A stretch of 64,000 nt of DNA from Chrysomallon squamiferum (lineage: Eukaryota > Animalia > Mollusca), in NCBI GenBank assembly GCA_012295275.1, contig CM022667.1:13578001-13642000 (forward strand). The letters run 5' to 3'. Below the pieces are notes generated by a model. It was not told the origin of the DNA, did no database searches, and saw only the letters and a program-made list of their open reading frames with translations. The translations under genes and the position numbers were made by a program. Shown here in pieces: positions 42,839 through 53,632 of this stretch; position 1 is the first letter of the stretch, and each line of letters opens with the position of its first letter.

Positions 42839-44896
42839 ATGCAAAACACTTTCATCCAGTTTCTGTTGTTGTCAGCTGTTTTCGTGTGTTCTAAAATGGC
42901 AGACAGGCATGTATAAATATACGTACTCTTTTTATTTTATATTGAAACTGAATAACAGTGTGGATGTATGCATAAGTTAGATAGACAAATAGATATATCT
43001 TGTAAATGAGCGGATGAACTGATAGAATGATAAATAGATTAACGTCATCAACTGAATTATATCTTACTAAATGTCACTATTTAATACAAGTAATGAAAAT
43101 AGTTCAATTTTACTGTCATTGAAGCTGCATTGGCACCAGATGGATTTGGATTCAGAAAGAAAAATATGATTATTTCACTGCAGCTAACGGTATAATTTAC
43201 GAAGCCACTGACGTCAAGACCATGATGCACTGTGGCTCTGCCTGCACCAAGAATCCTGAATGCCTTTCGTTTGCCTACGACAACGGAAAATGTCGCCATT
43301 ATTCTGTGAGGGTTGGTACTTACGTCAGTACGTCTGACACGGCAAACTGGAAGCACTATTACATTCCTTCAGGTAGCAGGCTAAATTTAACCTTTGTATT
43401 ATAATAATAATAATAATCTGACTTTTCAGTGGTAACATTCTGAATTTTTTATTTTGCTTGGCAACAGTCTCATTTGAATCGTTTTCTCTATATACTAGCT
43501 GTTTGAATTTGATCTTTGAATAACATTATGTTCAAGTTCATCTTTTTATGGCAATAGCTAAAATGTTATCTTTGTATGATAGTGAAATGAATTTTATGTT
43601 TCTATCGTAACAGTATGTATTTTACATTATATTGTAATCGTCTGATTTTTATTTTTATTTTTTTTAAATTGTTTGGGGATAACGGCGGTAACGATGTGTG
43701 CATAATTATGTATATAAAATTATTATTGTAGTGACTATTATATAGTTGTTTTTGTTTCATAGATTTCTGTCCGACTGATGAGGGTTTCGTGTTTTTGGGA
43801 ACACTGTGCTTCAAGTTGTCTGAAGATCGTAAAACATTTGCTGAGGCACGTGTTGCTTGCGACCAGCTGGGATCAAGACTGATCGTGTTAGACACGGAAG
43901 AAAAAAACAGAATTCTGTCGCGCTACCTTTGAAACATAGGTGTGTCTACTGTTTTCTTATTTCCCTTTTTATTTATTTATTTATTTGTTTATGTGTTTGT
44001 TTCATTTGATCAGTAGTATTACTATTACTACTACAACTACTGCGACAACAATAACTGCCTCTGCTACTGCTACTACTACTACTTTTTCTGTCACTTCTGT
44101 TGCTTCTACTACAATTAGTATTACTACTACTACCTTTACTGCTACAATTGTTACTGCTATAAATACGAAAACTACTACCACTGGTATTACTGCAGTTATA
44201 TCTCTTTATAATCACTATTGGTATCTCGCCAAAATGTCTGACTTCCATTTAAATATATACAAATTCACCTCCCAATACTGTCCCCATGCTATGCACTTAT
44301 GACTTTGGACCACATACTCTAACGATATCAGATAGCAGTATGACCCGATAAACCTACATCAGCAGATTTTGTCTGTTATCAAAAATAAATCTCAAGCAAA
44401 CACAGTTTATTTCTGCCTCAAATTTCATGAACAAAAACTATACTTTCCCTGGCAGTTATTCACTTTGGAAAGCTCTGCAGAGAATGATTTTTAGTAACTA
44501 CTCTCACTACAACAATACTACTTACTAGCTCTGCTACTGTTACTGTTAACACTGCTTCCACTTCTACTTGTTTTCCTGCATCTGTCTCTGCTATTGCTGC
44601 TTCATCGCTATTGTTACTCCTATACCACCGCTACTACTGCTATTACTATTATTACATTTACATTCATTTGTTTTACAGGGTCAAATCTCGAAAAGTTTTA
44701 TATCGGATTAACTGATGAAGTTGAGGAGAAAACGTATGTGTGGGAGAATGGTGAAAAAGCAATTTATACAAACTGGAATGAAAATGAACCTAATAATTTC
44801 GATTTTGAAGGCTGCACTATATTTTATTCTGGTTATAGCAAATGGGCAGATGTTCCTTGTCAAAGACATTTCAAATACATATGTGAAAACCTCTAA
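42839..44896 (+). pseudogene. PAN-CTL subfamily B copy B2; GC donor after exon 1 and premature TGA in exon 3
   Basis: Exon 1 is 42839-42906 (ag|gcatgt). Exon 2 is 43125-43372. Exon 3 is 43763-43939 with TCA>TGA at 43930-43932. Exon 4 is 44679-44896, open, with EPN and WAD. Confidence 0.85.
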
Positions 44897-45574
44897 ATTG
44901 ATCGTAAGAACCTGACGAGCAACAAACAAAATAATATTAAAATAGAAAAATAAAAAATCATATCTTCAAGCATATTTTCTTCGACTTATATGGTAATTGT
45001 AATGCAGGTCAGTTAAATCAATAAACAGAAAAACAATTCTTCTTTAGTTGTATTTTTATTGTTCAGTTTCTGTTTGTATTTGTCACATTCGCTTATTTTT
45101 GTATAGTTTGCTTGCAGTCTTAGTAATGAATTCTGAACAGTTTCGGTTTGTTGTGGTGTACTCAACAATGCTGAGTGAATCTGACTGTTTAAATTTAATA
45201 CAGTTTTTATTTGATTTTGTTAATTTTTATTTTCATCGATCATACTTTTTAATCCCTTCAATGTTGTTTAATTCTTCTAGGAAATAATCATCATTTAATA
45301 TCTGTACTACATCTCATTTGTTTATTGCTTTTCTTACTGCTGTTGTTCTTGCTGTCATTTTAATTATTCAAAACATTGCGGTTGTAAGCATCCGTAAAAA
45401 AAAAAAAAAATGAAAGAATCAAGAAATGAATGAATGACAGGTTGGTGATAATGATAATTACATTTTTTTTTTTTTTTTTTTTGACGCATGGACGTATAGA
45501 TAAAACAAACAAATATATAAATAAGTAAATAAATTTAATTTGTTTTTTGTTTATTCAACAAATATCATGTGACT

Positions 45575-46008
45575 TTAACAACGGTTTTTCACAAATCTAT
45601 ATTTACTGAATGTATACAGTTAATGTCACACCACATTTTGCTTGCTGGAATTAATATCGCTCAATCTTCCAGGTAGTTATCGGATTCATTGTTGTCCCAT
45701 TTTTCAAAATGGACGTTTTGTCCATTCTCTCAAACAAAATTGTTTTCCATCTTTTCTTACTTTTAGATTTGTATAAAAACTCATAGTACCTAAAACGTAT
45801 GACAAATAACAGTGTGTAGCAGTAGTAGTAGCAGTAGTTTACTAGTGGTAGTGATTGGAGGGGTATTGCTGTGCAGTAGATGAAGTAGTAGTTGTTTATA
45901 AATGTATAAGTTCCTGCCTATGTTTGTTTTGATGTAGTGTTTTTCTCTTCTGTGTCCAGTACAATCAGTCTTGAGCCTATCTGACTGCAGGTGTCACGCG
46001 CTTCAGAA
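45575..46008 (-). pseudogene. Degenerate CTL exon 3/4 remnant (E2), inverted copy of E1
   Basis: Reverse-complement match to 10864-11301 with an additional deletion. Confidence 0.8.
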
Positions 46009-46334
46009 ACTGTTTTGTATAGTCAAATTTTCACTCTTGTATATTGTCCACCATTCTCCCACATATACTTGACAGAAACGTGTCAATATAATGAAAGTGT
46101 TTAGTTATTCTTAATTGTATTTCTGTCCTGTCATAATACACCATTTAAAGTATCAATATAATGTATCTGTTCGTCCAGTTAATATATTAAACATTATTAA
46201 TATTTTATTTCTTCAACACCTCAATATGTTACCCGTGTTCTATTTGTTTAACAGCTCACTACGTTGTACATGTTATATTTCTTGAAATCATCAGTAGCCC
46301 TGTTATTGTAATATGGGTTTTGAAGCCATGTCCA

Positions 46335-46398
<64 letters not shown>

Positions 46399-46692
46399 GA
46401 ATATAACAACAACCACAACAACAATGTCAACCGCACATATGATCATCATTATCATCATGATAATAATAATAATAAGAAGAATGCACTACTACTACTACTA
46501 CTAATACTACCACTGCTGCAGCAGTTGCTAGTAAAAGATAAAACAAATTAGATCAAAATGTGGGATGTTCTTTTTATAATAATAAAAAAAAAACTCGAAA
46601 GGAACAAATAAAACACAATATCTCGTTAAAATTAGTATACATAAAATTATCAACGTAGTAATGATTACCAGTTCTGATCACTGTGGCTTCAG

Positions 46693-46727
<35 letters not shown>

Positions 46728-47162
46728 AAAGGATAAAAAAAGAGAGAAATTCTATCAGTTTAAAATACATCTAAGTGGTGAGCACTTTCAAATGTACTGA
46801 AGAAATGAAAAACAGCTAATAACAGCACGTCTGTGTTTCTGTGTGTCTGTCTACCGATGTTGTTGAAAGAATCCAAGCTATAAACAAGTTAAATACTTTT
46901 CAGTCCACTCACACGAAGCGTATCTATCTATATTCAAATCAAAAATTAAATATTTATAACAAGAATAAACATATAGCGAGCACAAGGGAGGTAATACGAA
47001 GAAAATAACACCAAATGAACCGATTACAATTATACTGCTTCTGTTATACTTGATACTGACAATTCAACCAAAACCTTTGTTTCTTCCACACATAATTAAA
47101 TATTCACTTCTAAAGGCAGAGAAAAACATTAATACTTCTACTACCACTAACCACTATTACTG

Positions 47163-47195
<33 letters not shown>

Positions 47196-48419
47196 ATTAG
47201 GTTATTGTTATACTACTTACTACTCCTACTACTACAATTGCTGCTACTACTACTACTACACCACTGCCACTACTTCTAATTACGTTATTGTTATAGTACT
47301 TACTACTCCTACTACTTGTGTTAGTGTTATCGCTACTACTACTGGTTCTGCTATTTACATCACTGCTTCTGTTACCGCCACTACTAATTACGTTACTGTT
47401 ACTAATATTTATAATGCTTACTTAATTGTTTGTACTTCTATTATTCACGCTACTACTACGAACGTTAATCATAAAGCAAAGATTAAGAAGAAAACTGAAC
47501 TTTCAAAAGAAAAAAAATCAACAAATCCAGAAATATAACTGATGTGTGACATGTTGAAATAATTATTTTCTTGATAATAATCGTTTCTAGTGACAAAATA
47601 TTATTAAATATTCACGGACGACAAGGATTGTTCCTCTGGGAAAATGAAATTTATTTAATGTTTTGTCAGCTTCACACAATCAATATTGTAATAACTAGGA
47701 AGAAGAAGACCAAAAATTGTTTTATCCTTATCATTTTGATACTGCCAATCGTAAGATGAATTTTATTAATAAAATAATAATAATAATAATGACATAAAAA
47801 AAAAATAGAGAGAGAATTAAATTATTTACGCAAATCAGTGTACTATATATTACAAATAATTGTTCCTTAAATCAGTATCTTTCTCTATTCATTTACGAAT
47901 AAAATAATCAACATCTAAACTGATATTCACAACATTAATTTAAAAAAAGAAGAAAAACAATCTCTCTAATGTTATGTCGATTGGCCTGAATTTTAAAGGT
48001 ACCTATACGTGTTTACAAGTCGATGTATTTTTTAGAACCTTTTTTGTTCTTATTTTGGCTCGAATTCATAAATACAGAGAGCTTTTAGGTTGGTTTGTTG
48101 TTTTTCTCTTTAATTATATGATGTATATATACGTATGTTTATATGTATGTATAATAATAAATTCTAAATAGTAGTATACCAGATAATAATAATAATAATA
48201 ATAACAATAACAACAACAAAAACAACAACAACTACAACAAAACAAGATGACCTCCTCCTACAGAAAATGATTCAGAATTAATAAAAATTTATGGAAAAAA
48301 AATGCCTGTATAGAAATGTCAAGGGCAACTGATTTGGATTAGTTAAAACTGTAGATTACTATTAGAAACGAATGCGAACTCTTTATACACGTTTCTGTGT
48401 CTGACGTTTGGTGTTAGTA

Positions 48420-49920
48420 CAGATTATTCGTAATACCTTATAATCCCATTTAATGTCAGGAAAATACAGCTAGCTGTGTGGTAGTGATAAATGATTGCAG
48501 AGGAGGCAATGGCCAAAGGTAATTAACTCTAGTTTACTAGCCTTTACAATAAAACCGAGATACAAAAAAAACAGTCTTTTCGATTCAAGCGTCATTTCAA
48601 CCACGAGGGGAAAACATTTACTTGCTTTTTTCATCCATTGCCATCCAGCTTTTTTTCAATTAGAAAAACGGCTGATATCGTCTGAAAAAAGAAAGAAAAT
48701 GAAAGTGTCTGCCCAGAAAAATGTAGGCAGATCGAAGCGGAGGATCAACCAACCTTGTCGTTGTTTGACAACCGAGCCGCTTCAACAGCGAGGACGAAGA
48801 CAAAGGGCCATGGATGATTCCACGATTGTTTCAAAATGGAACGACAGGTGGGAAACGGTCAGTCGGATACTGGCAATTTTAACTTGAGTACGTAGATATT
48901 TTGCCTCCGTCATTAATATTCGGCACATTTGACAAGATAGGGCTCAATGTACCGCAAAAATGTCGGCAAACAAATCTGGATGCGGAACATGTTGACGTGT
49001 GTAAGTCCAGACAGGAAATGGAAGCTAGTCAGGGTGGCGTAGGCGACCTCGTATTGAAGGAGGGAAAACTAGTGGTCAAAAACAGGGAAAAGGGAGGTTG
49101 TTTTACATCAGTCCACCCGTGGACGTCGGCTGTCATGATTTTTATGTGTGTTACTGGACGCTCAACAAATCTTGACTTTTTTTAACGGATATTAGGATGT
49201 TAGCCGACAGAAGCAGTTCATGGCCATTTTATGATGAACAATTCCGAATAAAATACGTCAGACACACGGAAAATTAATTGTGGAGAGTTAACAGACAATG
49301 AGCTCTGGTTGCTGTCCATGTCAGGAATAGGGGGAACTGGAAAAGCTGGAGCACATGACAAAGGTTCTGCTATGTCCACTATGGCCAGTTCCTGTGGATC
49401 ACTTAGAACATTTCACTGCTTTCTTGTCATTACAGCAATTAGCCCCACCTACTATAAAAACGTATATTAGTGGGATCAGTAGATGGCAAACATTAAGGGC
49501 GATGGGGTTTCTACAAGGTATTCTTATTTCATAATTCCTTGAAGGATGATGGAGGGGACATGCATGAGTACACACGTGCAACCCCATCATTTTCTCAATT
49601 TTGGAGAAAATTGTGGCTCCACTATCTATTATTTCTTTATTTCAGTTTGAAGCCGATTTATTTGAAACCCTTTTCAAAATGGCGGTCTTTGCATTTTTAC
49701 AGGTGGGAGAAATAATAGCCAAAACACCAGCGGACAATTCGAACAGAACATTTGGGGATATTGACTTCAAGATTAGAACTGAAGAAAAACGACCCTACCA
49801 GCTGAAACTTCTCATAAGGAAATCGAACAATGATCAAAGAGGTAATGGCTGTCTACTGTATCTCCACAGTTTCGCAGATGAAAACGTCTGAAACTGTTGT
49901 AGTTATTCAGAGAGATTAAT
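48420..49920 (+). mobile_element. Internally deleted DIRS/Ngaro-type tyrosine-recombinase retrotransposon remnant (gag-like + YR, no RT/RNase H)
   Basis: Gag-like segment: WTSA..IF / IRMLADRSSSWPFYDEQFR..ELW (~49115-49325). YR-like segment: WPVPVDHLEHFTAFLSLQQLAPPTIKTYISGIS, LFKMAVFAFLQVGEI (cf. AFFGFLRxGE, catalytic R>Q) and LLIRKSNNDQRGNG (cf. IRxSKTDQxGxG). Many stops; boundaries approximate. Confidence 0.8.
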
Positions 49921-50352
49921 ATTTGTATATATCGGCCTTATTTTTGCGATTTCTCGTGAAACTCAGATGCTAATCAGTTGTGATGCCAAGGTTCCCAGTC
50001 TGCAACTGCCCTAATTAAAGCATCTCTTACGATTTTTGCATTGTTTATGTTGACATGTTTTTAGTAGAGCAGAAACACTGAAACTTTAATTAATTAATTT
50101 TAGCTCTTGAACTACGACTATTCCTGCTCTGAATTTTTAATTCATGAATTGCTCTTGACGACGAAACATTTTGATGAAGGAAGGAATAACTCTGTTTGAG
50201 ACATCTATTTTATTTTAATCAACCAGTTCATAACTATCAGAATAATCATTGTTGATTAATTACTGATTCATGAAAGATTTAAAAAAATGAATGAACTGAT
50301 TTTGTTAGTTTCATTGTAACAGTAGCTGATTTGCATTCAATATTATAGAAAA

Positions 50353-50573
50353 TCACATTGGTTTCTCACAAATGTAATTTTCTTTTTTAAAACAGAAAAT
50401 ATCATGCCATGTGTTTAAAGGAAAATATAACGTAACACTGTCCTGGTTACCGTTACTACTGTGAGGTTCATTGGTTCCCGAATTGAAAAACATTGCCTGA
50501 TTTCCGTCCTCCCAAACATACACGCCTTCTGTAACAACATCAGTCGGTCCGATGTATAAATATTCATCTGTGT
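50353..50573 (-). pseudogene. Orphan CTL exon 4, subfamily D copy D1
   Basis: Open 221-nt exon with acceptor: YLYIGPTD..NSGTNEPH..QDSV..WHD..C..YICEKPM. It carries L>P, W>S and C>S lesions, and no upstream exon 3 was seen. Confidence 0.8.
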
Positions 50574-50959
50574 CTGAATAACAATAACAGAATTAATAAA
50601 GATACCAATGACAACAAAAACAGCGACAACCACAACAACAGCAATACGGATTGAATATTGATTATCTTTCCAGTACAAGCAAATTCGAATAGAGAAGCCC
50701 ACGATTTGAGACAATGTGTCTGGTTTTGTATTAATGAGAATGTTACAAATACCTGATGACAAACAACATTAATTTTTCAACTCTGGCATACTATGCCATT
50801 TTGCTTTTTTGTATTACTGACAAAAAATCAATGAAATATTTTATAATGCAAATAAATTAAATATATGTGTCCTTATATAACAAAGACGATTAAATAAACT
50901 GTAAAATCATAATTAGTAACAAGTTGTAATCAATTGTAGACATTTCAGTAGAACTTTGT

Positions 50960-51440
50960 GATATAATAAAAATGTTGGTTGGCTTTGAAAGGATTGATTC
51001 ATATTTTCTGACATAACATAATCCCTCACGACACTGACTAGTAGAAAACACGTCAACTAATATGCCGAAAACAAGTGTGTTTCACGTGAAATCCATATAA
51101 ATTCACGATAATTTGCATAAATATCACACGTTCTTTTTGTGTTATCCATGTGTTTATTGTTCGAAAAAAGTCCACGAGATTTAAGATATCAATAGGTTTA
51201 TCCTTCATAGGCATTTCAAATCTATGAGGGTTCCATATATAACTCATGTTCCTTCACAAGGTACATTGCGTCCAGATAAGACCTACCAATGCAGTGCAAG
51301 TTACTTTTTTCTGAGATGGTTGATGTGTTTTCGTCCACTGAAACATGATCTGTGAAGTATTTTACTCTAAACCGTTTTATATACTCGTTTAATATCTGTA
51401 GAATCTTTGAGATATAATTAAGACGTTTGAGCTGATTAAT
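50960..51440 (-). mobile_element. Possible degenerate piggyBac-like transposase fragment
   Basis: Reverse strand reads SKILQILNEYIKRFRVKYFTDHVSVDEN, then SYIWN and IYMD, in the order of the piggyBac LSVDE / GYxxN / YxDN motifs. No TIRs identified. Confidence 0.4.
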
Positions 51441-52199
51441 GTTATAAATGAATTAATGAGTGAAATTTATTAATGCTCGAAACATGCTTAAAAAAATGCA
51501 TACCTCTCGAACTCATAAAAAGTTTTATTTTATATATATTTCATATATGTTCGTTTAAAACTATACGAGTAACTCAGTGTTTATGTTGTCAAATGACTGA
51601 AAGGAATAACAGTTTCTCCGTACATTACGAAGTAAAAATTACAATGAAATTTGTTGAGATACGAATTCGTAAATTATTTCATATCAGTGATATCAAGATA
51701 TCTTGATCTGCAACTGGAAATAATTAAGTTAACAGCTAAAAATGAGAACCTTTCTCATCAAAGGAATCTGGGTTTTGGATGTCCTGTTCTATTGTAAAAC
51801 TGAAGAAAAGTATTCATGAATTTGTTGAGAGAGAGAGAGATAGAGAAAGAGAGAGAGAGAGAGATAGAGAGAGAGAGATAGTGTTGCTACATGCATTATT
51901 ATTGTCATCATCATCATCATCACAAATGATAATTTTCAAAATCTAGTTATTAAATTTGTAATATTGCTGTGCAAATCAAGCTCTTGTTATTAGGTTTTTG
52001 CTTAGTATATTGATTATGTTTTCGTTCTTTTGTTCCAATGTTGTATTTTTCTTCAGAAAAATCTAGGAGTAAAAGTGTGGTTAAAATTGGGATATGAGCC
52101 TCTGTTTTGAGTGTAAAAGTAGATACATATTTATATTAAGAGGTAAGTAGAAAATATGTTTGGAACAGCACACACACACACACACAGAGATATTAACCA

Positions 52200-52270
52200 G
52201 ATGTTTTATTATTGTTGGTCCATCTGTTCACCTATTTGGTTTAGAAATCTAAATTATAACGATGTCGAGG
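52200..52270 (+). pseudogene. Truncated A-like PAN exon start (also 58828-58879; shorter relics at ~16195-16235, ~5535-5575, ~40565-40605)
   Basis: SPIWFRNLNYNDVE and CIRSPLWFKNLNFNDVE align to A-type CSPPSIWIRNVNFNDVD. Confidence 0.6.
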
Positions 52271-52677
52271 TAATTATGTAATGAAATAAATCAGTGAGTG
52301 TGTTATATTTTCATTTAGGTGAATGGTAGTGATTTAAAACTGAATTTTTCTTTTTTTAATTTTTTTTTTCATTATTAGTTTCAAATTTAAAACTGTATGG
52401 AAATTGTCTGAAATCAATGAACAGTCAAACGGTAGCAGCAACAGCGACAACAATAATAATAATAACAATACTAATAAAGATAAAGAAGAAAAAACAAAAT
52501 AATTAAAACAGTGCAAAATAAAATATGTAAATGCGAAGAACATACATATGTTACACATATGCTATAACAAAGCTTTTGTTCGATTTAAGTCGTTTTTATC
52601 GAATCACTTCTACAACAAAAATTCACCTTCCTTGTCAAAATAATAAACGATTTGTTATTTAGTTATTTATTTATTCA

Positions 52678-52738
<61 letters not shown>

Positions 52739-53261
52739 GATTGATTGATTGATTGACTGATTGATTCTTATATTTATTTACGTATTTATTTATTTATTTT
52801 TATTTCATTTTTTTTTTCATTTCAATTTTATCCACACACACGAAATATATCATGAGTTTATAGTGTATTTAATCCCCTCTGTTATTATGTAATCACATAT
52901 ATTTCATAAATAAACAATTAGAGCGAGCGATATTGACTTAAATTGTAAAATATTTCATTGACTATTTTTCAGTATATTTTTCTGCACATAATACAAAAAA
53001 GAAAAACAATAACAAATAAATAAATATATAATGGTATCGTATTTCCGAGATCTATTGGGGTTTACTATTTTCAGGCATTTGATAATTCTCTTGTTAACAC
53101 AACACCAAACATATCGACTGAAGTTGTGTGCATCTATACTCGAATTTCATTCTGTTGGAAAGGTTATCAGTATTTAATACGAACCAGCTTAAGCAAGACA
53201 CAGTATAGTACGAATTATTATACTGGTCAGTTTGGGTGAATTTCGTTCATATTTGCCAGAG

Positions 53262-53484
53262 ATGCACTACTCACCATTTATTTTGTTGGTAGCATTTGTA
53301 ATCTGTAGCCACGGTAACGAGAGGTATGTAATATCTGAGTTTATATGTTGTTAACTATATGTGAGGACAGAGATAAAATTTACAACAAAGATATTGCAAT
53401 AGGAGAAATGTGTCGTTATAAAATCAAATCAACTTTTTATTGATTGATTGATTTTAATTTTATTAAAAAAATAATAATAATAAC

Positions 53485-53520
<36 letters not shown>

Positions 53521-53584
53521 TAATAATTTAATAACATTTTTAAGATAAAATTATTATTTCTATTATTATTATTATTATCATTGA

Positions 53585-53632
<48 letters not shown>

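Noticed and set aside
43930-43932. In-frame TGA as selenocysteine or programmed readthrough
   Set aside because: It aligns to Ser (TCA) in paralogues, no SECIS was recognised, and the sister copy has a different stop (TAA).
44679-44896. Diversity-generating retroelement acting on a C-type lectin fold
   Set aside because: The C-terminal variability is reminiscent, but differences are not adenine-specific, there is no TR/VR pair, and no reverse transcriptase is in the window (the DIRS relic lacks RT).
49375-49891. Domesticated recombinase driving lectin rearrangement
   Set aside because: It has multiple stops and frameshifts, the catalytic Arg is replaced by Gln, and the C-terminal HxxR/Y region is absent.
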